64,000 bases of DNA, taken from NCBI GenBank assembly GCA_964408705.1, contig CAYPAI010000004.1:57-64056 (forward strand), read 5' to 3'. The notes under the pieces were generated by a model. That model did no database searches, was not told the origin of the DNA, and saw only the letters and a program-made list of their open reading frames with translations. Shown in pieces: positions 1 to 9,044 of this stretch (the stretch's first letter is position 1; the number at the start of each line of letters is the position of its first letter). Made by a program: the position numbers and the translations under genes. The DNA comes from Candidatus Woesearchaeota archaeon (lineage in GTDB: Archaea > Nanobdellota > Nanobdellia > SCGC-AAA011-G17 > PNOQ01).

Positions 1-97
1 TCAAGTTGAAACTGAGGTTTTAGAAGATATAACTTCAGAAGTAGTTTTAGAATCCGATATAGGTGATGAAGAAAATTCATTCTTATCTTCATTTAGT

Positions 98-475
98 ATG
101 GCATTTGTAAATATATTTACTAATTTACTAGACTATATTCAGGAATATCGTGTCCATTTAATAATCTTGATAGTATTATTAATCTTGATCATAGCTTCTA
201 CTAAGACCGAATTTCTTGATAAGGTTAAGGAATTTTTTGAAGAAGAAATAGAGGAAGAGGCTGTACTTTTGGAATCTACTTCTAAGAAAGTTAAAAAAGA
301 TAAATCTGAAGAAGATAGGTCTGAAGAAGATTCTGGGGATGAAGAAGATAAATCTGAAGAAGATTCTGGAGATGAAGAAGATAAATCTGAAGAAGATTCC
401 GGAGATGAAGAGGATAAAAAGAAACGAAAAAAGCGAGAAGAAACTGAAGAAGATTTTATCATAGAATTTGATTAA
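98..475 (+). CDS. Small membrane-anchored protein with an N-terminal TM helix and an acidic tail containing three SEEDSGDEEDK repeats. The reading frame stays open upstream to the window edge, so the gene may start before position 1.
   Basis: ORF track gives 125 aa with a hydrophobic segment LIILIVLLILIIAS. A 33-nt tandem DNA repeat is present at about 320-418. The same frame from nt 2 to 97 has no stop codon. Confidence 0.4.
   Translation: MAFVNIFTNLLDYIQEYRVHLIILIVLLILIIASTKTEFLDKVKEFFEEEIEEEAVLLESTSKKVKKDKSEEDRSEEDSGDEEDKSEEDSGDEEDKSEEDSGDEEDKKKRKKREETEEDFIIEFD
302..421 (+). repeat. In-frame 33-bp tandem repeat (about 3.5 copies) encoding SEEDSGDEEDK.
   Basis: The unit tctgaagaagattctggggatgaagaagataaa recurs at about 320, 353 and 386, with synonymous changes only (ggg/gga, tct/tcc). 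Confidence 0.7.
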
Positions 476-531
476 GATTTAGTAAAGTTTTATCTTGAAA
501 ATTATTTATTTTTTATTTAATTCTTTAAAAA

Positions 532-604
532 AGCGCACGCCAGGATTCGAACCTGGGAATACTCGGGCTGCAACCGAGCGCGTTAACCACTTCGCCACGT
601 ACGC
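532..604 (-). tRNA. tRNA-Cys (anticodon GCA).
   Basis: The reverse complement folds as a cloverleaf. Acceptor stem is GCGTACG/CGTGCGC, with a U discriminator. Anticodon stem-loop is CTCGG-TTGCAGC-CCGAG. The T-arm reads GGTTCGAATCC. Confidence 0.8.
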
Positions 605-609
605 AAATA

Positions 610-684
610 CGGGCCCGACGGGATTTGAACCCGCGACCCCTAGCTTAGAAGGCTAGTGCTCTATCCAAGCTGAGCTACGGACCC
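610..684 (-). tRNA. tRNA-Arg (anticodon TCT).
   Basis: The reverse complement gives GGGTCCG...CGGGCCC as acceptor stem. Anticodon stem-loop is CTAGC-CTTCTAA-GCTAG. The T-arm reads GGGTTCAAATCCC. It sits 5 nt from tRNA-Cys, forming a tandem pair. Confidence 0.8.
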
Positions 685-762
685 GTAAGAAAAGTTAAGC
701 TATTTTATTTATAAAACTAACTAAATAAAAATATTTAAATAACGTTTTTAAAACTAAATTAT

Positions 763-3372
763 ATGGATTTCAAAAAAATAGAGAGAAAGTGGCAAAGAAG
801 GTGGGAAGAATCTAAAGTTTTTCAAACTAGTAAATCTAAAAAAAATAAATATTATGTTCTTGAAATGTATCCTTATCCTTCTGGTTCTGGACTACATATG
901 GGTCATGCCTTTAATTATAGCATTGGAGATATCCTAGCTAGATATAAGAGAATGCAAGGATATAATGTTCTTTACCCTATGGGTTTTGATTCGTTTGGAT
1001 TACCTGCAGAGAATGCAGCTATTAAAAATAAGTCTCATCCTAAGAGATTTACAGAGAATGCAATCAAGAATTATATAAAACAGATGAAAAATCTTGGATT
1101 GAGCTATGATTGGAGTAGAAAAATTGAAACTCATAAATCAGATTACTATAAGTGGGATCAGTGGATTTTTTTAAAAATGTTTGAAAAGGGTTTAGCTTAC
1201 AAAAAAGAATCTTCTGTAAACTGGTGTTCTAAGTGTTATACTGTTTTAGCAAATGAGCAAGTTATAGATGGTAAATGTTGGAGACATGAAGAAAACAATG
1301 TTGAAGTTAAGAATCTTAATCAATGGTTTTTAAAAATAACAGATTATGCTGATGAACTGTATGATGGTTTAGAAAAATTGAAAGGATGGCCTGAATTAAT
1401 TAAAAAATTACAAAAAAATTGGATAGGAAAAAGTTTTGGTACAGAAATCAAATTTAAAATTAATGGAGAGCATTGGCCAATATTTACTACAAGGCCAGAT
1501 ACATTATTTGGAGTTACTTTCATGGTTGTTTCTGCTCAACATCCAAGATTATTTGAATTAGTTACAAAGGATAATAAGAAAAAAGTTGAAAACTTTATTA
1601 AGAAACTTGGCTCAGTAAGTGAAGAAAGTATAAGTAAATTGGATAAAGATGGTGTATTTACTGGAAGTTATGCTATTCATCCTTTAATGAAAAAAAAGAA
1701 AATTCCAGTTTATGCTGGTAATTTTGTGTTAGCGGATTATGGGTCTGGGATGGTTATGGGTGTTCCTGCACATGACCAAAGGGATTTTGAATTTGCTAAA
1801 AAATATAAACTTCCAATTGTTAAGGTGATAGAATCCCATTGGGATAACAAAAGACATGAACTTATGAAAGAAGCCTATTCTGGTAAAGGTTGTTTAATCA
1901 ATTCTCCTGGTTTTGAAGGATGGGATAATGAGAAAGCAAAGGTAGAAATAACTAAAAAATTACAATTAAAAAAAATAAATAATGTTGGTCCAGTAGGTAA
2001 AAAGAAAAAGAATTTTAGATTAAGAGATTGGTTAATTTCAAGGCAAAGATTTTGGGGAACTCCAATACCTATTGTTTATTGTGATAAGTGTGGAGTTGTT
2101 CCTGAAAAAGAATTACCTGTTGTTTTACCAGATGATATTAAATTTAGTGAAACAAAGAATCCTTTAACTAAACATGATGCTTTCTTGAAAACTAAATGTC
2201 CTAAATGTAATGGAACTGCTACAAGGGAAACAGATACAATGGATACTTTTGTTAATTCCTCTTGGTATCACCTTAGATATTGTGACTCTCAGAATAGTAA
2301 AAATATATTTAATCCTACTCTTGCAAACTATTGGTGCCCCATAGATACATATATTGGTGGGAAAGAACATGCAACAATGCACCTCATATACATTAGATTT
2401 TATACTAAATTTTTGAGAGATCTAGGTTTGTTAGATTTTGATGAACCAGCTGTAAGATTATTTAATCAAGGAATGTTACATGGTCCGGATGGGGAAAAAA
2501 TGTCTAAATCTAAAGGGAATATAATTTTACCAGAGACCATATCTAAGAAATATGGGATAGATGCTGCCAGATTATTTTTAGTTTCTATTGCTTCACCAGA
2601 CAAAGATTTAATTTGGTCAGATAGTGGTGCCGAGAGTTCAAATAGATTTATTAATAATTTAGTTAATAAGGTCTCTAAAATAAAGATTGGAAAATCAAGT
2701 AAAAAGTTTGAAAGTATTTTACATTCCTCTTTGGAGGATATTACCAAGTATATTGAAGACTTCAAGTATAATCTGGCAGTAATCAAACTTAAAAGTTTAT
2801 TTGATAATTTTGAAGATCAAATTGGAAAAAAAGACTTAGAATCTTGTATTAAATTATTGTCTCCATTTTGTCCACATGTTGCTGAAGAACTCTGGGAAGG
2901 TATTGGTAATAACAAGTTTATTAGTTTGAGTAAATGGCCTAAATTCGATTCTAAGAAAATTAATAAGGAGTTTGAAGTTATAGATCATTTTATTGAGGGA
3001 TTATTTAAGGATCTGAAATCAGTTATTGGTTTTGTTAAGTTTAAACCTAGTAAGGCTAAAATTTATGTTTCTAATTCTTGGAAATATTCTTTTATTAAAA
3101 AGTTAAAGAAGGAATTAGAAAAAACAAGGGATATTGGTAAATTAATAAAAAAATTAATGGATGGTAAACATAATAAGGAAATTTCCAAGTTAGTACCTTA
3201 TTATCTTAAAGATGAATCTAGAATTTTAAATTTTGTGTTAGGTCAAAAAAAAGAGAAAAAAATAATATTAGATAATCTTAAAAAATTAAATAAAGAGTTT
3301 GGATTAGAAGTTTTACTTAAAGGAGAGGATAATAAGGCATTACCCAATAAACCTTCAATTATTCTTGAGTAA
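763..3372 (+). CDS. leuS: Leucyl-tRNA synthetase (archaeal type).
   Basis: 869 aa. HIGH-region motif HMGHAF and KMSKS motif present. CP1/editing region and zinc-knuckle cysteines (CSKCYT...CWRHE, CDKCG...CPKCNG) present. Confidence 0.95.
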   Translation: MDFKKIERKWQRRWEESKVFQTSKSKKNKYYVLEMYPYPSGSGLHMGHAFNYSIGDILARYKRMQGYNVLYPMGFDSFGLPAENAAIKNKSHPKRFTENAIKNYIKQMKNLGLSYDWSRKIETHKSDYYKWDQWIFLKMFEKGLAYKKESSVNWCSKCYTVLANEQVIDGKCWRHEENNVEVKNLNQWFLKITDYADELYDGLEKLKGWPELIKKLQKNWIGKSFGTEIKFKINGEHWPIFTTRPDTLFGVTFMVVSAQHPRLFELVTKDNKKKVENFIKKLGSVSEESISKLDKDGVFTGSYAIHPLMKKKKIPVYAGNFVLADYGSGMVMGVPAHDQRDFEFAKKYKLPIVKVIESHWDNKRHELMKEAYSGKGCLINSPGFEGWDNEKAKVEITKKLQLKKINNVGPVGKKKKNFRLRDWLISRQRFWGTPIPIVYCDKCGVVPEKELPVVLPDDIKFSETKNPLTKHDAFLKTKCPKCNGTATRETDTMDTFVNSSWYHLRYCDSQNSKNIFNPTLANYWCPIDTYIGGKEHATMHLIYIRFYTKFLRDLGLLDFDEPAVRLFNQGMLHGPDGEKMSKSKGNIILPETISKKYGIDAARLFLVSIASPDKDLIWSDSGAESSNRFINNLVNKVSKIKIGKSSKKFESILHSSLEDITKYIEDFKYNLAVIKLKSLFDNFEDQIGKKDLESCIKLLSPFCPHVAEELWEGIGNNKFISLSKWPKFDSKKINKEFEVIDHFIEGLFKDLKSVIGFVKFKPSKAKIYVSNSWKYSFIKKLKKELEKTRDIGKLIKKLMDGKHNKEISKLVPYYLKDESRILNFVLGQKKEKKIILDNLKKLNKEFGLEVLLKGEDNKALPNKPSIILE

Positions 3373-3899
3373 ATCAACAATATTTTTCCATGATTTAACT
3401 CTTTTTATATTTTTGTTTATTTCACCGGATTGGTTCCATGGGGTGTCTATTAAAATAACATTTATATTTTTTTCTGCACATTCATTTGCATAAGCTAAAG
3501 AGTCTTCTATCATTATGTCTATTTTGTATTCCAGGCAAACATCTTTTTTTCTTTTTCTGGCATTTTTACCCATGACCCAATCATTTGTGAAATGTATTTC
3601 TTCAAATTTATCTGGAAAATATCTGTCTAACCAACTTAGAGTTTGGTCATGAATCTTGTAAGGCCTAGAAGTTATAATTCTTAAGATATTATCTTTTTTT
3701 AATATATCCATAGCATATTGAGAGTCTTTAGTTGGGACAATATTATCAAAATAATATGTTTCATAGAAATCATAAACTTTTTTTATAGAAATTCCCTCTT
3801 CTATCCATAGTGATTTGACTTATATTTGATATTGTGGTATTTTATGAATGAACTCATAAAATTTGCTAATACATCATCGATATCTATTCCAATTTTCAT
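3355..3899 (-). pseudogene. HAD-superfamily 5'(3')-deoxyribonucleotidase-like gene interrupted by a frameshift near 3800-3815.
   Basis: From ATG (3897-3899) the frame reads MKIGIDIDDVLANFMSSFIKYHNIKYKSNHYG and then stops; DxDDVL is HAD motif I. A +1 shift continues as WIEEGISIKKVYDFYETYYFDNIVPT... into the 118-aa ORF 3355..3711, which carries the later HAD motifs. The break coincides with a 30-nt patch identical to the alaS gene. Confidence 0.5.
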
Positions 3900-3928
3900 A
3901 ATTAAGTTAATTTAGAAAAATTTAATAA

Positions 3929-5716
3929 TTATTCTAATACTGCCCTTATTCTTCTTATTCCTGCAGATGAACTTCTTTCTTTTAAGATTTTAAACTTTGT
4001 TAATTCTCCTGTTCGTTTAACATGAGGTCCTCCACAAACTTCCTTGGAATAATTCCCAACATAGTATACTCTCACTTTTTCTGGATATTTTCCCTTAAAG
4101 AAAGCTAATGCTTTTTCCTTTATTGCAGAATCATAAGTTGTTTCCTTAGATATTACTGGAAGATCTTGATTTATTACATTGTTAACTTCATTTTCAACTC
4201 TTTCTAGTTGTTCTAAATTCATTTTTTTAGGGTGTGAAAAATCAAATCTTAATCTGTCCGAAGTAATGTCAGATCCCATTTGTTTTACATGTTTACCTAA
4301 AACTTTTCTTAATGCTTGGTGTAAAAGGTGTGTAGCTGTATGTAGTTTTGTTACTTTTTCTAATTCTTCTTGGGTTGCTGCTTTTAGTTCACCTGTGTCT
4401 AGTATTAACCCATGTCCTCCAAACTTTTTTACCATACCTTTTTTTGATATTTCTTTGTGTTTCTCTAAGAGAGTATAAAATTCTTTTTCATCAATTTTAA
4501 ATCCTCTTTCTTTTGCTAGTTCTTTAGTTAGTTCAAAAGGAAATCCAAATGTATCATATAGCTTAAAAACTTCTTTAGTTGGAATTTTTTCTTGGTTCTT
4601 ATAAATTAATTCTTCAAATATTTTTAGACCATGGGTCAAAGTTTTTTCAAATTTTATTTTTTCTTCATTTATTATTTTTAGTATTCGATCTTTATTCTTT
4701 TTTAGGTCGCTATAGTCTTGATTATACTCTAGAATTATCTTTTCTACTAATTTATTTATTCCATCTTTTCCTAACTCTAAATTAGAGGAGTGTCTCATTG
4801 AACTTCTTATTAATCTTCTTAATATATAGCCTCTGTCTTCCTTAGAAGGTAAAACTCCGTCAGATATTAAAAATACGGATGCCTTGATATGGTCTAGAAT
4901 TATTCTAAAAGATCTTTCATTATTTTTATAACTTTTTCCACTAAGTTCTTCTATCTCTTCAATTATGTCTTGAAAACTATCTATCTCGAAAATACTTTTT
5001 TTGTTTTGTAAAATTAATGTTAGTCTTTCTAGACCCATCCCTGTGTCTATGCTCTTAGTAGGTAATAATTTGTATATTCCTTCTTTAGTTTTATTATATT
5101 CCATGAAAACTAAATTCCATATTTCAAGATATCTACCACACTCACAATTAGGACCACATTTGTTTCCACAAGATTTCCCTTTAACATCATAATGTATTTC
5201 TGAACAAGGTCCACAAGGTCCAGAAGCACCTACAGGTCCCCAAAAATTATCTTTCATATTAAACTCATAAATATTTTTTTTAGAAATTCCCTCTTCTATC
5301 CATAGTGATTCGGATTCTTTATCTTTAGGTAGGCCTTTTTCTCCTCCAAAGATAGTTATGGCTAATTTAGATTTATCTAAATTAAGCTCATTTTCTAAGA
5401 AGTCTATTGCGTATTTTATTGAATCTTCTTTAAAATAATCTCCAAATGACCAATTTCCAAGCATTTCAAAAAATGTTAAGTGGCTTTCATCTCCAACTTC
5501 AGATATATCACTAGTTCTTATACATTTTTGAATTGAACATAATCTTTTGTTAGGAGGATTTACTTCTCCTGATAAATATGGGATAAATTGTTGCATTCCT
5601 GCTGTAGTAAATAAAACAGTAGTATCTGCAGGAATTAAGGAGTAAGATTTAACTCTTTCATGTCCCTTCTTTTCAAAATATTCTAAAAATTTATTTACTA
5701 TCTCTCTTGATTTCAT
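3929..5716 (-). CDS. alaS: Alanyl-tRNA synthetase, short form with catalytic, tRNA-recognition and editing domains and no C-terminal C-Ala domain.
   Basis: 595 aa. N-terminal class II core. Editing-domain motifs HTATHLLHQALRKVLG and CGGPHV present. Confidence 0.9.
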   Translation of the reverse strand: MKSREIVNKFLEYFEKKGHERVKSYSLIPADTTVLFTTAGMQQFIPYLSGEVNPPNKRLCSIQKCIRTSDISEVGDESHLTFFEMLGNWSFGDYFKEDSIKYAIDFLENELNLDKSKLAITIFGGEKGLPKDKESESLWIEEGISKKNIYEFNMKDNFWGPVGASGPCGPCSEIHYDVKGKSCGNKCGPNCECGRYLEIWNLVFMEYNKTKEGIYKLLPTKSIDTGMGLERLTLILQNKKSIFEIDSFQDIIEEIEELSGKSYKNNERSFRIILDHIKASVFLISDGVLPSKEDRGYILRRLIRSSMRHSSNLELGKDGINKLVEKIILEYNQDYSDLKKNKDRILKIINEEKIKFEKTLTHGLKIFEELIYKNQEKIPTKEVFKLYDTFGFPFELTKELAKERGFKIDEKEFYTLLEKHKEISKKGMVKKFGGHGLILDTGELKAATQEELEKVTKLHTATHLLHQALRKVLGKHVKQMGSDITSDRLRFDFSHPKKMNLEQLERVENEVNNVINQDLPVISKETTYDSAIKEKALAFFKGKYPEKVRVYYVGNYSKEVCGGPHVKRTGELTKFKILKERSSSAGIRRIRAVLE

Positions 5717-5760
5717 AATATATAGATAAAAGATTAATTTAAAACATTTGCCCTAGTGTT

Positions 5761-6111
5761 TTATATACTTAGCTTAGAAAGTTTCAATTTTATTCTTTTT
5801 AATTCTTCATCTAGGGTGGTAGCTCTTTTTGTTTTTTTTGTTTTTGTATTTGATTTATCTTTTTTTAGAGGCTTTATCTCTCCAACAGTAGATTCAGGCA
5901 TTTCTTTATTTAATTTAAAAATTTCTCTTTTTATTTTTCTTGTGATAGTTCTTAATTTTTTTATTTGGGAAACTTTTTTATTTCTTATACTTTTATAATT
6001 TTCAAAAAATCTTAATATTTCAGTAGATTCTACTGCGGTTTCTAATAGTTTCCTCCTAAGAAAAATAGGTTGTTCGATTCTAACATACTCTGAGTTTTTT
6101 TTAGAAACCAT
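5761..6111 (-). CDS. Hypothetical basic, K-rich protein.
   Basis: 116-aa ORF. Its start overlaps the stop of the upstream gene by 1 nt (6111), suggesting an operon with the 193-aa gene. Confidence 0.4.
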   Translation of the reverse strand: MVSKKNSEYVRIEQPIFLRRKLLETAVESTEILRFFENYKSIRNKKVSQIKKLRTITRKIKREIFKLNKEMPESTVGEIKPLKKDKSNTKTKKTKRATTLDEELKRIKLKLSKLSI

Positions 6112-6692
6112 TATAGTTCAAACATTTTTTTGTCTATTGTTAAAAGATTATCTTTTATTTTTTCAATATCTGCTTTCCATTTGTTTAATTCTTTATCTTC
6201 TTCTTCTCTAGTCTGGTTTAGTTCAAGAAGAAGGTTTTCTGCATCTTTAGTTAAGTTTTTTATTTTATTCAAACTAGACTTAGCTGACTTATAATTATTA
6301 AGTTTTACAAATATTGGTTTTGAAGTTATTTCATCAGAGTTTACTTCTGTAGTATCTCTTTCAGAAATTTCTCTTAAATGAGGTAATGAAGCTTCTTTTG
6401 TTTTAGGGATATTTTTTAAGAATGAAGGTTTTCTTTTTGGAAGGTTCAAAGGTTCACCTTTTGCAGAAATATTTTGTTCTATAGATTTTTTTATATTTGA
6501 AAGACCACCTTCATATTTTGGGATTGGTTTATCTATTGCCCTCTTTATTTCTCCAAGTTCATGTTCATAACTTGGAAATCCTTTAGATTTTTCTTTCATA
6601 TCTGGTAAATTAGGTAGATTATGTTTATGATCTTCTATCTTTTTCTTATTTTGATTATTTTCTTCTTCTTTTTTCTTTTTGAATGGCCACAT
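6111..6692 (-). CDS. Hypothetical K/E-rich protein.
   Basis: 193-aa ORF transcribed divergently from tfe. Low-complexity charged sequence. Confidence 0.45.
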   Translation of the reverse strand: MWPFKKKKEEENNQNKKKIEDHKHNLPNLPDMKEKSKGFPSYEHELGEIKRAIDKPIPKYEGGLSNIKKSIEQNISAKGEPLNLPKRKPSFLKNIPKTKEASLPHLREISERDTTEVNSDEITSKPIFVKLNNYKSAKSSLNKIKNLTKDAENLLLELNQTREEEDKELNKWKADIEKIKDNLLTIDKKMFEL

Positions 6693-6849
6693 CTTTAGAA
6701 TCCTCTTTCTTTTGTTATTCTATTCTAAAAAAGATTATTAAAGTTTTTCTAATTATTATTGCGTAGTAACTTATCAAAAATTATCATATTTTTCAAAATA
6801 AAAAGCTTTTTAAGCTTTTTTCATAGAAATTATTGTATCGGGGGTTTAA

Positions 6850-7374
6850 ATGGAGTTATCTCAATCAGAAATAAATAGATTAGTGGAAGAAGTTGCAGGT
6901 AGAGACTCTGCTCCTGTGGCGGAACTTATAATCGTGAATGGGGAAAATGTGTCCGAGTTTTTAATAGCTGAAACGTTAGAGATTGGTATAAATCAGGTAA
7001 GAAATATTCTTTATAGGCTTCAAGAAAATAATTTGGTTACTTTTATGAGAAAAAAAGACAAAAAAAAGGGATGGTATATTTATTATTGGACGTTTAATAA
7101 AGTCCAAGCAAAGTTATTGATTAGTAAGTTGAAGAAAAAAAGAATACTTACTCTCAAGAAAAGACTTGAAAAACAAGCTGAAGATTTTTTAAGTTGTAAT
7201 AAGAAATGTTTAAGGATAACTTTTAATAATGCTCTTGAAAATGATTTTAAATGTCCCGAGTGTCATTCTGTTTTAAAACAAGTTAATAATAAGCGGCAAG
7301 TAGAATCTATTAAAAAATCTATTAAAAAAGAATTAGAAATGTTAAAGGATAACTCTAATGAAGCAACGGTTTAA
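6850..7374 (+). CDS. tfe: Transcription factor E (TFE alpha-like): winged helix plus zinc ribbon.
   Basis: The N-terminal winged helix (VAELIIVNGENVSEFLIAETLEIGINQVRNILYRLQENNLV...GWYIYYW) is typical of archaeal TFE. A C-terminal C4 ribbon is present (CNKKC...CPEC). Confidence 0.7.
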   Translation: MELSQSEINRLVEEVAGRDSAPVAELIIVNGENVSEFLIAETLEIGINQVRNILYRLQENNLVTFMRKKDKKKGWYIYYWTFNKVQAKLLISKLKKKRILTLKKRLEKQAEDFLSCNKKCLRITFNNALENDFKCPECHSVLKQVNNKRQVESIKKSIKKELEMLKDNSNEATV

Positions 7375-7375
7375 T

Positions 7376-7939
7376 TTAAGGCCCAAAGAAAACTTTTCTT
7401 CCATCAAAAGGTCCAAATGGAAGCATATTGAAGAAAAATAATAATCCATTAAGGTATTTGGTCATTTTTAATCCTGCTAATTGTTTTGTTGAAAATCTTC
7501 TATTCGATTTTAGTAAAAACATTGAGCTTAGCCAAAGTAAAAGATTTACGGCAGGACCAGAGAATGCTATTAACCTGTATGCTAATTCATTTGTAAATGC
7601 TAATTCACTGATTTGCACAAATCCTGGTGCAATTATTATGAATGGAGAGCCAATAAGTTTTAAAAATAAACCTAGGCCTAATCCAAATCCCCATATGTTA
7701 AAAGTTGCAGAATATCCGAAACCCATAGCTACAAATTTATGGGCAAGTTCATGAAGTACTACTGCAGGTGCAGTAACTAATATTGAAAATTTTAAGTCTC
7801 TAAAATCATATTTTCTTTTTTTCCTCATTCTTTCATATATATTTTTTGGTCTGAATGAGTAGAATCCGGTGAATATAAATCCAATAACAAAACTCATTAT
7901 TACTAATTTTATTATTTCTTCAAAAGTTATTAAGTTCAT
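7376..7939 (-). CDS. M50-family (site-2 protease-like) intramembrane zinc metalloprotease, short form.
   Basis: HELAH (HExxH) lies in a TM segment and is followed by FNMLPFGPFDG, which resembles the M50 NxxPxxxLDG motif. There are several TM helices. Confidence 0.6.
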   Translation of the reverse strand: MNLITFEEIIKLVIMSFVIGFIFTGFYSFRPKNIYERMRKKRKYDFRDLKFSILVTAPAVVLHELAHKFVAMGFGYSATFNIWGFGLGLGLFLKLIGSPFIIIAPGFVQISELAFTNELAYRLIAFSGPAVNLLLWLSSMFLLKSNRRFSTKQLAGLKMTKYLNGLLFFFNMLPFGPFDGRKVFFGP

Positions 7940-7982
7940 TATCTTCTTTGTTTAGTTTATATTTAAAATATTTTCGTATTTA

Positions 7983-9044
7983 TCAATAATAAGTTTTTCC
8001 ATTAAGGCCGTAGTCCTGTATTGCATAATTTTTAATGAAACTTTCATAAGATTTGCTAACTTCTTTGCTTTTTATTAATAAAATATTTTCATTATTCTTT
8101 CCAACACCCATTAAAGTAGGATTCATTGAACCAGTGATTGAGAGATCTTCCCCTAATCTGAATATTTTTGTATGTATCCTTCTTTTCCCGATGTTTACTT
8201 TTATCCAATCCATAATCTGATAATTTATAGTTGTTTTTACAACTCCTCTGGCATCTATAACTCCTTTAATTGGGGTGTTCTGATATAGCTCTTTTTCAAT
8301 TAATGCTTTTGTTATTTTTTCATTAGTAAATGAATAAACTGCAAAATTTATTTCGCCTTTGGAAATGTTTATTGCATCAACAATTAGATCTTGACAGTTT
8401 TCATATGGTGAAAAACAGGGTTTTACAAATAATTCTTCATTTATTTTTATAAATTCTTTTCTATATTGTTTATTTGTTGTAGTTTGATTGTTATACATTA
8501 TCCAAAAATCAGAATTGTATTCTGAAGCTAACTCAGTAGAATTTATTATTAAGATATCATGAAAGTTTTGCAATATTGTGTTATTATTAAATATTAGACT
8601 ACCTGTAAAAACAATCTGATTGTCGATTATACAATAATTATTATGCATCATTCCGAGTTCCTCAGATGATGAAAATCTTGTGTAAGGGAGATAAATGTCT
8701 TTATTCCCCATATAGTCTGAATCTATAAACAGTCTTACTTTTACTCCGTCGTTTTCTTTATTTTTTAGAATATTTTCTAATTTTTTGTGATTAAGGGCTC
8801 TTAATGCACAATGGATTTCTTCTTTACTATTATTGATGGTGTCTAATACTTTTTCTATATTATTTTCATTTGGAGCAAAATATAAATTAAAATTTTTAGC
8901 TGAAAAATCTTCATTTGGAAAGTAGATATTGCCAGTTTCATTGAGTAGCATTATACTATTTACTAAAATATACCCAAATATGATAAGTATTAGTACACAA
9001 AGCCCTATCATCATATCAATTTTATTCTTTTTTTCCATTTTCAA
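7983..9044 (-). CDS. Membrane-anchored phospholipase D-like (HKD-fold) protein.
   Basis: There is an N-terminal TM segment. One HKD-like motif is HTKIFRLGEDLSITGSMN. A second, degenerate copy is HNNYCIIDNQIVFTGSLIFN, where K is replaced by N. Confidence 0.55.
   Translation of the reverse strand: MKMEKKNKIDMMIGLCVLILIIFGYILVNSIMLLNETGNIYFPNEDFSAKNFNLYFAPNENNIEKVLDTINNSKEEIHCALRALNHKKLENILKNKENDGVKVRLFIDSDYMGNKDIYLPYTRFSSSEELGMMHNNYCIIDNQIVFTGSLIFNNNTILQNFHDILIINSTELASEYNSDFWIMYNNQTTTNKQYRKEFIKINEELFVKPCFSPYENCQDLIVDAINISKGEINFAVYSFTNEKITKALIEKELYQNTPIKGVIDARGVVKTTINYQIMDWIKVNIGKRRIHTKIFRLGEDLSITGSMNPTLMGVGKNNENILLIKSKEVSKSYESFIKNYAIQDYGLNGKTYY

Noticed and set aside
139-462. Antisense and shadow ORFs. 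These include 139..462(-), 2164..2382(-), 2466..2786(-), 4179..4478(+), 4579..4785(+), 5001..5192(+), 5756..5998(+), 7428..7754(+), 9251..9469(+), 11025..11231(+), 15807..16064(+), 16306..16563(-), 17574..17762(+), 21571..21762(+), the plus-strand ORFs at 25624..27873 inside lhr, 28766..29014(+), 29854..30111(+), 29897..30097(+), 33310..33849(+), 35652..35930(-), 39885..40150(-), 42297..42665(+), 44229..44862, 48150..48479(-), 48245..48463(-), 51866..52147(+), 54246..54464(-), 54934..55122(-) and 63774..63956(+).
   Set aside because: Each lies wholly inside, and antisense or out of frame to, a longer ORF with clear homology-type motifs. Their compositions are low-complexity, as expected from AT-rich shadow frames.
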